Part shown: piece by piece, positions 19,790 through 30,752 of the stretch
Layout: every line of letters starts with the position of its first letter
Position numbering within the stretch: the first letter of the stretch is position 1
Source of the DNA: an uncultured Spirochaetota bacterium
GTDB taxonomy: Bacteria > Spirochaetota > Brevinematia > Brevinematales > JAOACQ01
Reading direction: 5' to 3'
DNA: 64,000 bases
Assembly (NCBI GenBank): GCA_963783575.1
Contig: CAWAOD010000011.1
Span: 574,661 to 638,660, forward strand
Program-made: the position numbers and the translations under genes
The notes under the pieces: generated by a model
Seen by the model: the letters and a program-made list of their open reading frames with translations, nothing else
Told to the model about the DNA's origin: nothing
Database searches by the model: none

Positions 19790-21064
19790 TTAGAATGAAA
19801 AAATACCGGATTTAAATTTGATTATTGCCGCAATTTTCTTTTTTTCAACTTCATTCAGAATCGACCATTTTTCAGATTTAATTAACATAATCTTCATTTT
19901 TACGATTCTATAAAGAGATTGATTAATCATATCATCCGATATTTCTCCGTTATCATATGCATCCATCAATGAATTATGCAAGTCTGCAGCATTTTCAAAC
20001 CATTTATCCCTGTCAAGCGTTACGCTGAGGATTATATCACATCCGGCTTTGATTGCTTCAACAGCAGCTTTTTTATAATTATAAATATCTGTAATGGACT
20101 TCATCTGTATGTCGTCTGTAATTATCACATTTGAAAACCTGCTGTTTCTAAGATAGGAAAGAACAGGTTTAGAAAGAGTAGCCGGTAAATTATCATATTT
20201 TGAATATATCACATGCGAACTCATTATGGCCTGGCTGTTAAGGAGTTTTATGAAAGGCTCCGCCATTTTACCGATTGAACTTGTGTCATCACGGCATATT
20301 TCTTCATGAGGGTCTGCTGATATGTTGCCGTAACCCGGGTAGTGTTTTGGAACGGCAATTACGTTATATTTCAGCATCTTATCTATTACTATTCTGCCGA
20401 GTTCGGAATTTAGTCCGGCGTTTGACGAAAAGCTTCTGTTATAAACTATAGAATTTGTTTTTATTATAATATCGATTACAGGTGAGAAATTCATATTGAT
20501 GTTCAATTCATTCAGTTTTTGTGCCGTATAATCGGCTATTTCCGCAATTCCTTCACTGCCTTTCTGCAGGTAAAGCTCTCCGGGAGAAGGATAGCTTTTT
20601 AATATTCCATCAAGACGGGCAACATTTCCGCCTTCCTGATCAACAGAAATTATCATCGGAATTCTCGGAGAATTTTTTTGTAAAAACAGATTCCGGTTTT
20701 TAACATCTTCAAAACTTTTATTTTTAATATTTTCACTTTTTAAAATTATACCCGAGATTGAATAATTTGATATTAAATCACATATTTTATTTAAATCATC
20801 GCCATAATAATTTACAATTATCATCTGGCCTATTTTTTCCTTTATGCTCATTCTTGAAATTACCGTCTCAATTAATGAATCGAGTGTAATATTTTCATTC
20901 TTATTTTTAACGGACCTGGCTGAAATAGAACCGGTATTAATATGCATAAATATTGACAGGTTGAAAATAATTATAAATCCTGATAGTATAATTAATAGGA
21001 ATTTTACTGATTTGATAAATTTACTTCTTTTGCGGATCATAAAAGATTTTCTCCTGACGGCCAT
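19790..21064 (-). CDS. nagZ: GH3 beta-N-acetylhexosaminidase, membrane-anchored
   Basis: SVDQEGG, KHYPGYG....DPH, ITDDIQM, AGCD; N-terminal TM. Confidence 0.8.
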   Translation of the reverse strand: MAVRRKSFMIRKRSKFIKSVKFLLIILSGFIIIFNLSIFMHINTGSISARSVKNKNENITLDSLIETVISRMSIKEKIGQMIIVNYYGDDLNKICDLISNYSISGIILKSENIKNKSFEDVKNRNLFLQKNSPRIPMIISVDQEGGNVARLDGILKSYPSPGELYLQKGSEGIAEIADYTAQKLNELNINMNFSPVIDIIIKTNSIVYNRSFSSNAGLNSELGRIVIDKMLKYNVIAVPKHYPGYGNISADPHEEICRDDTSSIGKMAEPFIKLLNSQAIMSSHVIYSKYDNLPATLSKPVLSYLRNSRFSNVIITDDIQMKSITDIYNYKKAAVEAIKAGCDIILSVTLDRDKWFENAADLHNSLMDAYDNGEISDDMINQSLYRIVKMKIMLIKSEKWSILNEVEKKKIAAIIKFKSGIFSF

Positions 21065-21258
21065 AAAACAGACTTATGAATTCCCATTATTTGTAAATAA
21101 CGATTTGATGAAAAGTATGTAATAACAGCTTTTAGAAGAAATATTCTAATAAAAATATGGTTAATTGTCAAAGATTATAAGCCTGAAGTTTTCATTTGAA
21201 ATTTGCCGAAAATACATACCATATTTATACTATAACTAGCTTCTAATCGGGAGGATTT

Positions 21259-22665
21259 ATGTTTAAAAATCTTCGAATGCTTAACAGACTTTTTGCCGGG
21301 ACAGTAATAATACTTTTACTTGTGTTTTTTGTCCTTTTTATCATCATTTCCAATACTTTTAATAATTCTGATAAACTTCAGTTAATAATGGTTTTATTTC
21401 CAATTGTCGGAATAATAGCAATTGTTTTGCTGGCTTTGATCTTTAATATGGCGGCCAAGGGCATTACTGTGCCGGTTGAAAAAGTATCGATGGCTATGAT
21501 TGATATTTCTGAAGGTAAGGGCGACCTTACAAAGAGAATTAATTTTGTGTCAAATGACAGGCTGGGTCTATTGGCAGAAAATTTCAACATGTTTGCGGCA
21601 AAATTGAACGATGACATGGTTGAGGTTGAGAATGTATCGGCAAATATTAGAGTATCTACCGATCAATCGACTAATTTAATGTCTAACAGCCTTAAAAATA
21701 TTGAAGTAATTAAATCCAGCATTGGAAATATCGGTAAACAAACGGAGAATGCGACATCCGGTATTGAACAATTAACGGCAACTCTTGAGGAAATGTCCAG
21801 AAATATTGACAGTATAATGAACAATATGGTTAAGCAGGCTTCATCGGTAGAGGAAGGGGCAAGTTCAATTGAGGAAATGGTCAGAAACATTGATAATACT
21901 GCATCTATGTCAAAAAGGACATTTGATCTTTCAAATAACTTGAATAATGTGGCTAATGAAGGAGGAACCGCGGTAAAAAACTCGATCCAGTCAATTAAGG
22001 ATGTCGCCGAATATTCTCAGCAGATACTCAAGCTTCTGGGATTGATTACAAACATAGCAAAACAGACAAACCTTCTCGCGATGAATGCCGCAATAGAAGC
22101 GGCACATGCGGGCGATGCCGGAAAGGGTTTTGCAATTGTAGCGGATGAAATCCGAAGGCTTTCCGAAGATACAAATAAAAACGCTAAGGATATAGGCGAT
22201 GTGGTTGGAACCATTGTTGGAAGAATAGATGATTCGGTTAAACTTGCAGAAAAAGCAGGAGTAGGGCTTGATATGATAACGTCATATTCCCAACAGAATG
22301 TACAGATCATAAATCAACTTAATGTGGCTATGGCTGAACAGAATAATGGAGCAAAAGAGATACTCAAAGCTACCGAAGATATGGTTAAAATCACTGATGA
22401 AGTGAAGCTGTCAATGACTGAACAAAAAGGCGCAACGGATGATTTTGGCGAGGCCCTGCGGCATCTACGAGACCTGTTTATTGAAAATAAAGATAATATT
22501 AAAAGCCATCTTCTTAATATGAATGAATTGATTGCCTCAATGGAAGAAATAAAAAAAATTGTTTCGGAAAATCAAACTCAATCCGTTCTTCTTGGAAAGC
22601 TGGTGAATAAATTTGTTCTTGAGAAAAAAAGCGATGAAGTTACGGGCTTAAAGCTTGTGGAATGA
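21259..22665 (+). CDS. Methyl-accepting chemotaxis protein (2 TM with minimal periplasmic loop, HAMP, MA domain)
   Basis: [38 protein letters not shown]. Confidence 0.95.
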   Translation: MFKNLRMLNRLFAGTVIILLLVFFVLFIIISNTFNNSDKLQLIMVLFPIVGIIAIVLLALIFNMAAKGITVPVEKVSMAMIDISEGKGDLTKRINFVSNDRLGLLAENFNMFAAKLNDDMVEVENVSANIRVSTDQSTNLMSNSLKNIEVIKSSIGNIGKQTENATSGIEQLTATLEEMSRNIDSIMNNMVKQASSVEEGASSIEEMVRNIDNTASMSKRTFDLSNNLNNVANEGGTAVKNSIQSIKDVAEYSQQILKLLGLITNIAKQTNLLAMNAAIEAAHAGDAGKGFAIVADEIRRLSEDTNKNAKDIGDVVGTIVGRIDDSVKLAEKAGVGLDMITSYSQQNVQIINQLNVAMAEQNNGAKEILKATEDMVKITDEVKLSMTEQKGATDDFGEALRHLRDLFIENKDNIKSHLLNMNELIASMEEIKKIVSENQTQSVLLGKLVNKFVLEKKSDEVTGLKLVE

Positions 22666-22718
22666 AGCATGATCTTCGTAAAGCTCAGTGACCCAGGTAT
22701 AGTTCGGCAAATAACCAA

Positions 22719-23573
22719 TCAAGCGTGGATTATATTGAATTTCTTTTCGGCGGCTTCCACAGTTTGCGTTATCAATGAAATCCTTGTCATTGGTCCGACG
22801 CCTCCCGGAACAGGTGTAAAAGCATAACTTTTGGAAGAGGCATTCTCAAGGTCAATATCGCCAATATTGCCTGGATTATACCCTGCATCAATAAGAATTG
22901 CCCCCTCTTTAATCCAATCGCCTTTTATGAATTTTGGTTTACCTACCGCTCCCACAACAATATCAGCTCTTTTGACGATTTCCGGCAGATCTATAGTTTT
23001 TGAATGGCATATAGTTACAGTGGCATTCTCATTAAGCAGCAGCATAGCAACCGGTTTTCCCAGAATCGGGCTTCTGCCTACAACAACAGCTTCCCTGCCT
23101 CCTACGAGAATTCCATATTCCTTCAAAATTGTCATTATTGCAAGCGGGGTGGCGCTTTTATAAGATTTCAAATTCATTGACATCCTTCCGAATGAATCGG
23201 TGTTAACACCGTCTACATCTTTTTCAACAGATATTGTGTTAAAGCATAACTGTTCATCGACATGTTTGGGTACCGGATGCTGAAGCAATATGCCATGCAC
23301 ATTTTCATTATTATTAAGTTCAATAATTTTATCTATGATTTCTTTAGTGCCTGTTTGTTCAGGCAGTTCAATTTTCAAGGGCTCTATTCCGACCCTTCTG
23401 CAGTCATTTCCTTTCATATTCACATAAGTGACCGAAGATGGGTTTGTTCCTACAAGAATTGTAGCCAGGATAGGGGTTGCCCTGGTTTTTTCAATTATAG
23501 CAGCGACCCTTGTCTTCAGGTTTTCTTCAAATTTCTTTGCAAGCGCTTTACCGTCAAGAATTATTGGTTCCAT
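22719..23573 (-). CDS. folD: Methylenetetrahydrofolate dehydrogenase/cyclohydrolase
   Basis: [35 protein letters not shown]. Confidence 0.97.
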   Translation of the reverse strand: MEPIILDGKALAKKFEENLKTRVAAIIEKTRATPILATILVGTNPSSVTYVNMKGNDCRRVGIEPLKIELPEQTGTKEIIDKIIELNNNENVHGILLQHPVPKHVDEQLCFNTISVEKDVDGVNTDSFGRMSMNLKSYKSATPLAIMTILKEYGILVGGREAVVVGRSPILGKPVAMLLLNENATVTICHSKTIDLPEIVKRADIVVGAVGKPKFIKGDWIKEGAILIDAGYNPGNIGDIDLENASSKSYAFTPVPGGVGPMTRISLITQTVEAAEKKFNIIHA

Positions 23574-23848
23574 ATAATACTGCTCCTGTGAATTAATAAG
23601 AGTAATATTTTAATAGTCATTTAAAGATATGTCAATAATGATATGTGCCTATGTGCCTATAAAAAATTTGAAGAAACGGTGGGGTATCTTTATACTAATC
23701 AAAAGATATAATTTATCATAAAAAAATCTTACAAAATTTATAATTTATTCATTTTATGATAGTATAATATGGGCAGTTAAAAGTATCATATTTACCGGTT
23801 TTATAATCAGAAGTGACAATATAAAATAAAAATAACGGATGATAAGAC

Positions 23849-25396
23849 ATGAAAAAAGAAAAATTAATCGCTGTAATTGATATCGGTTCCCATTCGATCA
23901 AAATGCACATTGGTGAAATTTTGAAAAAAAATGATATCAAGCATGTTGAATACCTGTGGGCGCCCGTAGCAATAGGTAAAGATATTTTCAGCAAGGGTAT
24001 GGTGTCGAATTCTACCATACTTGATGTCACAAATGCGATAAATAATTTCAAAGAAGTGCTTGATTCTTATCAGATTAAAAATTTTAAGGCATTCTCCAGC
24101 AGCGTTATAAAAGAGGCTGACAATTCGGATGTTTTGCTGGAAAGGGTTTTTAAAACTACCGGAATCAGGATTAATATTATTGAACCGATCGAGGAAACTG
24201 AAGTAATTTATGAAGGAATCAAAAATGTATTGAAAGAAAGATACGGCTTTCAGGATAAAAATGTGCTGATTCTTGCTATCGGAGGAGGATCAACCCAGAT
24301 TGTAATGCAGTCAAAAGGCAGGATAATATTTTCAGAAACACATCATATAGGGTCATTGCGCATGGTCAGGAACAACGACTTCAATGGCAAATCATATCAA
24401 TTTACCCTAAAACCCTTCTCACTTAGTTTTCTCAATACAATGAAGCGCTTTCCCGATATAAAGAATATTAATGGGTTTGTAGCTTTGAATGATGATATTC
24501 TTGTAATCCTTCAAAATGTATTTAATGACTTTTTGATAAAAGGTGTTTTTAAAATTCCCAGGAAAGAATTTAACAGGATTTATTATCAAATAGATTCAAT
24601 GAGCCTGGAAAAAATCCGGGAAAAGTTCCAGCTCAACGATAATGTTTTAAAAACAACGAAAGTCGCTTTTCTTATGCTCGGAATCTTTTTTAATCTCACA
24701 TCAGCGAAATTTATATTGATACCAAATATAAGCACATCTTACTTTTTATTATACAAACTTGCTTTTTTATACAATAAAAATAAATTTCCGGATAAAAATC
24801 TAAGAGATAATATTCTTTCTTCGGCTATGGCAATTGGAAGAAAATATCAATTCGACAAAGAGCATGCTCTACAGGTTTATAAACTGTCGCTTATGATCTT
24901 TGATAAACTGCAGGAAATTTATGGATTTGGAAACAGGGAAAGGCTTTATCTGGAAGTAGCGTCTATCCTTCATGATATAGGTGTTTTTGTAAGCGCAGGA
25001 AATCATCACAAGCATTCCGCGCAATTGATTGTTTCTGCTGAAATTATGGGATTACAACAGAATGATATGAAAATCATTTCTCAGATTGCCAGATATCATA
25101 GAAAATCACCTCCCAAACCCTCTCATTTCGATTATAACGAACTTCAGATGGAGGACAGGCTTATCGTTTCAAGGCTGGCTTCGATTCTTAGAGTAGGAGA
25201 CGCTCTCGATAATACACATACTCAGGTTGTTGAAGATCTAAAATTGAACATTGATGAGGAAAAAATTGAAATTTCGGTTAAGCTGAAAGATAATCTTTTT
25301 GAATATATGGATATTTTGAAGGAAGCAGTTCAAAAAAAGAGCGATCTTTTCGAGGGATTTTTTGGTATTTCAGTAAGATTGGAGAAATGGTTATGA
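23849..25396 (+). CDS. ppx: Ppx/GppA family exopolyphosphatase with C-terminal HD domain
   Basis: IDIGSHS, IGGGST, LHDIG..HHKHS; directly upstream of ppk1. Confidence 0.88.
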   Translation: MKKEKLIAVIDIGSHSIKMHIGEILKKNDIKHVEYLWAPVAIGKDIFSKGMVSNSTILDVTNAINNFKEVLDSYQIKNFKAFSSSVIKEADNSDVLLERVFKTTGIRINIIEPIEETEVIYEGIKNVLKERYGFQDKNVLILAIGGGSTQIVMQSKGRIIFSETHHIGSLRMVRNNDFNGKSYQFTLKPFSLSFLNTMKRFPDIKNINGFVALNDDILVILQNVFNDFLIKGVFKIPRKEFNRIYYQIDSMSLEKIREKFQLNDNVLKTTKVAFLMLGIFFNLTSAKFILIPNISTSYFLLYKLAFLYNKNKFPDKNLRDNILSSAMAIGRKYQFDKEHALQVYKLSLMIFDKLQEIYGFGNRERLYLEVASILHDIGVFVSAGNHHKHSAQLIVSAEIMGLQQNDMKIISQIARYHRKSPPKPSHFDYNELQMEDRLIVSRLASILRVGDALDNTHTQVVEDLKLNIDEEKIEISVKLKDNLFEYMDILKEAVQKKSDLFEGFFGISVRLEKWL

Positions 25397-27531
25397 AAAA
25401 GCATAATATTTCTACGAATATGATAAATCGTGAATTCAGCTGGCTGGAATTCAATAAAAGGGTATTATTTGAAGCGGAAGAAATAAAAAACCCGGTTCTA
25501 GAGAGATTAAAATTTTTATCCATTGTCTCTTCTAATCTTGAAGAATTTTTTATGATACGTGTGGCGGTGTTGAGAAAGCAGAAGGAGGCGAATATCAGTG
25601 AAAGTTCCGATGAATCAATGACTCCTGCGGAACAGCTTTCCATAATACGCGGCCGCGTTCTTGAACTGCTGAAAAGGCAGTATGATCTTCTTTATAACCA
25701 AATTCTTCCCGAATTACGGAATTACGGGATAAACATCCTGGTAAATACTGATGAAGCCGAATTGATTAAAGAATTGCTTGCCCCAGTTTTTGATAATGAA
25801 ATGCTGCCTATGCTGACCCCTCTCTCAGTCGGTCCTGCACATCCTTTTCCAACGCTTGTAACCGGCAGGCTGTATCTTGCGGTAGGATTAAGACCGCTTG
25901 AAAATAATTTTTTTATTGAAAAGAGTGACCTTTCTTTTATTGAGATTCCGACTAATATATACGGCAGATTTATGAGCATTGATTCCGGCGATACCCTTAT
26001 ACCGGTTGAAAACATAATTAAGATTTTCATAAATAAGGTATTTAACGGGTACATTGTTACATCAGCGCATATCATACGTGTGACCAGGGATGCTGATTTA
26101 AGCGTTCAAGAGGATGGAGCATCGGATTTGCTAAAAGAAATCGAATCAACAATTAAAAGAATGCACAGGCGCTCAGTTGTAAAAATTGAATATGAAAGCG
26201 GTATTCCGCCTGAGATATTAAATACAATCCGGGAGAAAAACTTAATGGAATCCGAGGAATTATATGAAATTTCCGGTATTTTCAATCTGAAGGATTTAAT
26301 GGAACTTTATGAGAAGAAATCATCCGAAGCAAAAACAGACAAAAGTTTGATTTTTAAGCCTATAACGCCAATTTATTCATCCGAATTTTATAAAAAAGAC
26401 ATCTTTAAGGTAATAGATGAAAGCGACATAATCCTATTCCATCCCTATCATTCCTTCGATCCTGTTCTGGACCTGTTAAACCGGGCAGCCGTGGATCCTG
26501 ATGTTATGGCGATAAAGCAGACCCTTTACCGGACAAGCTCCAATTCAGCCATCATTCAGGCACTGATTAAAGCTGCGGAAAACGGCAAATACGTTTCAGT
26601 TATTGATGAACTTAAAGCCAGGTTTGATGAAAAACGCAACATAGAATGGGCCAGAAGGCTTGAGGATTCAGGCGCTCATGTCACTTACGGCGTGGCCGGG
26701 TTAAAGACCCATGCAAAAGCGCTTATAATAGTGAGGAAGGAGGAAAGGGGAATAAAAAGGTATGTACATCTTGGGACGGGGAATTACAATGAATCAACTG
26801 CCAAGCTTTACACTGATTTCAGTTTCTTTACTTCCGACGATAAATTCGGAGAAGATATATCTTCATTCTTTAACCTTTTAACCGGTTTTTCTCTTTCTGA
26901 CAGGTGGAACTATATAACAATTGCACCATTGGAGCTGAGGCAGAAATTTATTAATCTAATAGTCCGGGAAAAAAATAATGCATTAAACGGTCTCAAGGCA
27001 AAAATAACGGCCAAGCTTAATTCTCTTGTCGATGATGAAATAATATCAGTTCTTTACGATGCTTCAAAGGCTGGGGTTAAGATAAATTTGATTGTCCGCG
27101 GCATATGTTCCCTGAAACCGGGACTACCCGGCTTAAGCGAAAATATAAGGATTGCAAGCATAATCGGGCGCTATCTTGAACATTCACGGATATTCTGTTT
27201 TCAAAATGCCGGGGATGAGGAAATATACTTATCAAGCGCCGACTGGATGAGCAGGAATCTTGACAGAAGGGTGGAAATTTTATTTCCCATTCGGAATGAA
27301 AAGAACAGGGCTTTTATCCGAAAAATTCTAACACTGCAGTTTGATGATAACGTCAATAAATGGGACTTGTTGGGAGATAAATACTCACATATAATTAACG
27401 ATAATAAAAAAGTTACCTCGGAAAAGGATAGTTTTAAGGAAATCTATGAATTAATAAAGAAAAATGATTATAACTATAATAAAAAAAACACTGTAGAATT
27501 AAAACCTGTTAAAAGCGAACAGGACAGATAA
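25393..27531 (+). CDS. ppk1: Polyphosphate kinase 1
   Basis: NREFSWLEFN, ELKARFDE, LKTHAK, GTGNYN, RYLEHSRI, SADWMSRNLDRRVE. Start placed at the ATGA overlap with ppx. Confidence 0.97.
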   Translation: MKKHNISTNMINREFSWLEFNKRVLFEAEEIKNPVLERLKFLSIVSSNLEEFFMIRVAVLRKQKEANISESSDESMTPAEQLSIIRGRVLELLKRQYDLLYNQILPELRNYGINILVNTDEAELIKELLAPVFDNEMLPMLTPLSVGPAHPFPTLVTGRLYLAVGLRPLENNFFIEKSDLSFIEIPTNIYGRFMSIDSGDTLIPVENIIKIFINKVFNGYIVTSAHIIRVTRDADLSVQEDGASDLLKEIESTIKRMHRRSVVKIEYESGIPPEILNTIREKNLMESEELYEISGIFNLKDLMELYEKKSSEAKTDKSLIFKPITPIYSSEFYKKDIFKVIDESDIILFHPYHSFDPVLDLLNRAAVDPDVMAIKQTLYRTSSNSAIIQALIKAAENGKYVSVIDELKARFDEKRNIEWARRLEDSGAHVTYGVAGLKTHAKALIIVRKEERGIKRYVHLGTGNYNESTAKLYTDFSFFTSDDKFGEDISSFFNLLTGFSLSDRWNYITIAPLELRQKFINLIVREKNNALNGLKAKITAKLNSLVDDEIISVLYDASKAGVKINLIVRGICSLKPGLPGLSENIRIASIIGRYLEHSRIFCFQNAGDEEIYLSSADWMSRNLDRRVEILFPIRNEKNRAFIRKILTLQFDDNVNKWDLLGDKYSHIINDNKKVTSEKDSFKEIYELIKKNDYNYNKKNTVELKPVKSEQDR

Positions 27532-27570
27532 AAATTAGGGCTGCTAAGCTCTTTTGAATTGGAGGTTAAT

Positions 27571-28224
27571 ATGACCGAAGCTTCGAGAATGGCATTAACC
27601 GGCCTGAGGGATCTTTCAGCATTAAAATGGTATGTGATACCAATGCTTTCAGTTGTCTTTTATATTTATGTTAAAGAAATCAAGCGCTCAAGAAAGACGG
27701 GAAATTGGGATGCGATTATTGCCGGATTGACTCTCTTTGGAATGGATTTTTTTAATGAGACCTGGAATGGTTTGATTCTTCATTTTACAAATTATTCAGC
27801 GCTTTGGACTGTTCCTGGAGATACAGCCCTCCGGACATTGGTCGGCTGGAATATTGAAATAATGTTTATGTTCGCGATATCGGGCATCATTTATTATCAC
27901 TCCTGTTCGGAAAATGCTTCTGATAAAATCATAGGCATTCCTAACCGGTGGTTCTGGGGTATTGTTTATTCTCTGATCAGTGTTTTTGTCGAATGCCTTC
28001 TGAACAAAGGCGGATTATTAATCTGGGCATACCCATTGTGGAATCTGTCTTTCGGCGGTATATGGCTGATATTTTTAATCGGCTATTTTTATTTTTATAT
28101 TGCTGTCATTCTTGTGCTCGGAATTAAAAAAATGACCGGTAAGATTACTGCATTGTCTGTAATTTATGGTGTTCCAATCATAGTCAATTTCATCTGCCTC
28201 GGTATTCTTGGATGGAAATATTAA
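27571..28224 (+). CDS. Conserved hypothetical multi-pass membrane protein
   Basis: GGAGG RBS; about 6 hydrophobic segments with DFFNETWN and GWNIEI motifs. Confidence 0.8.
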   Translation: MTEASRMALTGLRDLSALKWYVIPMLSVVFYIYVKEIKRSRKTGNWDAIIAGLTLFGMDFFNETWNGLILHFTNYSALWTVPGDTALRTLVGWNIEIMFMFAISGIIYYHSCSENASDKIIGIPNRWFWGIVYSLISVFVECLLNKGGLLIWAYPLWNLSFGGIWLIFLIGYFYFYIAVILVLGIKKMTGKITALSVIYGVPIIVNFICLGILGWKY

Positions 28225-28296
28225 TAAGCATATGTTCAGCCTGAGTGTAAGCATCTCATTCTTTTACATGAAGACGGGAAGACATGAAGATCCTTT

Positions 28297-30597
28297 TTAC
28301 CGGAAATATAGAAAACTTTCATTGCCTTTAGCTTCCGATAAATCTGTAATCCCGATAAATGCCATTGCCTTTTTAAGTTCCAAAGAGATTTTGTTAAAGT
28401 ACTGCCTTACACCCTGCACACCTCCGCCGACGGCGGCTATCATTACCGGACGGCCTATCATTACAATATCTGCGCCCAATGCAAGACATTTCAATACATC
28501 GCCTCCGCTTCTGACTCCGCCATCAAGAATAATCATTGCATCGCTTCCGACTGCGGATTTGATATCTTTTAAAGCGTCAATAGGTGCGATAAGACTGTCG
28601 CTTACCCTACCGCCATGATTTGAAACAATTATTCCCTTAACACCGGATTTTACCGCCTTTTCCGCATCGCGGGGTGAAAGTATTCCTTTTAGAATAAATG
28701 GTATTTCTGCGTAATCAACTAATTCCCTGATTTCATCAAAGGTTTTGGTTGACGTATTTTGTCCTTTCAATTCCATTGTCATAAAAGATGCGGCATCGAT
28801 ATCGATTCCTACCGCCAAAGCTCCGGCCGATTTTGACGCCTCGATTCTTTCCATTATAGTTTTATTATCATACCGAGGCTTAAATATTGGGACAGCCTGT
28901 CCGAAATTTTCCAGTATGACCCTAACACCTATCCTGTATTTTGAAGATGCTGCGCCGTCACCGACAAATCCGATAGAACCCGCCTGATTTGCTCCTTTAA
29001 CAACAGACCTTGCCAATTCAAGTTCGCTAACTGCACCGCCAAGATTTGTGATTGATCCGGTAAGAGGAGCAGGTACAACCGGAAAATCAATCGGTAAACC
29101 AAAAAAGACGATTTTTGTTTTAATTATTTTTGCGTCATTGATGTAACTTGGGATAATATCAATTCTACGGACCCTGTCTATTGCATTAGTGAACCCATTA
29201 CCGGTGGCTATTCCCCCAACACCCGGCATCATACCCCTGCACTTCCTGCCATCACAGTCGGGGCATACAAAACAGCGGCCGTTAAATTTATTCTTTGCTT
29301 TTTCAAAAAGAGCATTATCCTGAATAAGCTGGTCATCATCTTCAATAGTTGTAATTTTGATAGTCTGAACGGCTTTATGCGATGCAAATAAAGCTTCCTT
29401 AAATGTCGGCGCTGTCACAATTATATGTCCGGATTTATCTAGATTGTTTTGCGGCGGTTTGATCTTATCCCCTATCTTAGAATCAAAAAAAACATTTTTG
29501 ACAAACTTTATCTTTCCGGCTTCCTCCAGCCCTTCAATGGATTTTATAATTCCAGGCGGGGCTATTATGGCACGTTCAATTGAAACCAAATTAAAAACAG
29601 GTTTTAAATTTTCAGGCGGAAAACCGAGTGAAATCAAAATAATATTCGACATTAAATCAACGCCTGAGGAGTAGGGGTATGTGTATGAAGACATAAATCC
29701 GCCTGAGAGCCTTGCTGCTATTTCTCCGATATAACAACCGCTGTTTGAAACTTTTATATCTCCTTTAGCGGCTCCAACTGTAATACCGAGCGCTTTTATT
29801 CCGTTTTTAAAAGTATCTATTGCATAGGTAACTAGGTCTTCTGGAAGGCTTGTCGGCATAACATGGCCTGTTTCGACAAAGTAGGGATCATATTCGATAA
29901 TTCTGTCAGCAACGCCTGTTATATGGATTTCATTATTGAATATAAGGGCGTCGATGCTCAGTTCCGGTGCATCAATATACTGTTCGATTATTACCTTTCC
30001 ATTTTTGGAATAATGAAGGGCATTATCAAAACCCTCCTTAAGTTCTTCCAGATTGAATACTCTTCTGACGCCTCGTGCGCCCATATTGTTTGCAGGTTTG
30101 ATTACACAATCACTGCCAAGCCTTTCCATGGATTCTGCCGCTCTTGTGTAGCTGTCCACAAGTTCGAAGTCCGGTACAGGAACTTTTGCCGTACGGAGAG
30201 CATTCCTCATAAGAAATTTATCAGTGGCTTTCAATGCAGCTTCAGGTTCGATTCCTATCAACCCCAATTTTTTTGCGCAATAAGCAACTGTATATGAAGC
30301 ATCAGTCCCTACTGTAAGGATACCGTCAATTTTTCCATTTTCATTACAGAATTTTTCAAGCATAAGAAAAGTGAATTCAGCGTCCATTGTACTTGAATTG
30401 ATATGATAATTGCCTTCTTTTACTCCCGGAGCCGCCGGATTAATATCTATTACAGCAGTTTTAATCTTCATTTTCTTCGCTGCCAGAATTACCGGAAGCT
30501 GCAATAATCCTCCGCCAACAACTGCTATTTTTTTACCGGCTAAGATATCTGTGTTTAATTGAATATTTAAAGTGCTTTTATTGATTTGATTTTCCAT
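28297..30597 (-). CDS. Fusion: ATP-grasp ligase domain + FMN-dependent alpha-hydroxy-acid dehydrogenase-like domain
   Basis: N-half: GGGLLQ, TDKFLMR, IKPANNMGARGV, GEIAARLSGG. C-half: CFVCPDCDGRKC, ILKGI, VSNHGGR, LDGGVRSG, IGRP. Confidence 0.85.
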   Translation of the reverse strand: MENQINKSTLNIQLNTDILAGKKIAVVGGGLLQLPVILAAKKMKIKTAVIDINPAAPGVKEGNYHINSSTMDAEFTFLMLEKFCNENGKIDGILTVGTDASYTVAYCAKKLGLIGIEPEAALKATDKFLMRNALRTAKVPVPDFELVDSYTRAAESMERLGSDCVIKPANNMGARGVRRVFNLEELKEGFDNALHYSKNGKVIIEQYIDAPELSIDALIFNNEIHITGVADRIIEYDPYFVETGHVMPTSLPEDLVTYAIDTFKNGIKALGITVGAAKGDIKVSNSGCYIGEIAARLSGGFMSSYTYPYSSGVDLMSNIILISLGFPPENLKPVFNLVSIERAIIAPPGIIKSIEGLEEAGKIKFVKNVFFDSKIGDKIKPPQNNLDKSGHIIVTAPTFKEALFASHKAVQTIKITTIEDDDQLIQDNALFEKAKNKFNGRCFVCPDCDGRKCRGMMPGVGGIATGNGFTNAIDRVRRIDIIPSYINDAKIIKTKIVFFGLPIDFPVVPAPLTGSITNLGGAVSELELARSVVKGANQAGSIGFVGDGAASSKYRIGVRVILENFGQAVPIFKPRYDNKTIMERIEASKSAGALAVGIDIDAASFMTMELKGQNTSTKTFDEIRELVDYAEIPFILKGILSPRDAEKAVKSGVKGIIVSNHGGRVSDSLIAPIDALKDIKSAVGSDAMIILDGGVRSGGDVLKCLALGADIVMIGRPVMIAAVGGGVQGVRQYFNKISLELKKAMAFIGITDLSEAKGNESFLYFR

Positions 30598-30720
30598 TGA
30601 AAACCCCTCGGGCAGATGATAGTAATAATTGCATTTTATTTTGCCAAAGAACTGCCCATATCATAATCGGCAATTTGAGAATTATTTTTAATATTTCATA
30701 AGCTTATAGAATCAAAATTA

Positions 30721-30747
30721 AAAAAGGGGCTTATTAAGCCCCTTTTT
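30721..30747 (-). terminator. Rho-independent terminator after trpB2 (potentially bidirectional)
   Basis: AAAAAGGGGCTT-ATT-AAGCCCCTTTTT perfect hairpin with A/T tracts, just after the trpB2 stop. Confidence 0.85.
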
Positions 30748-30752
30748 GGAAT

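Noticed and set aside
21184..21212. Sigma-28 promoter before the MCP gene (GCCGAAAA)
   Set aside because: No TAAA at the expected spacing; too weak to call.
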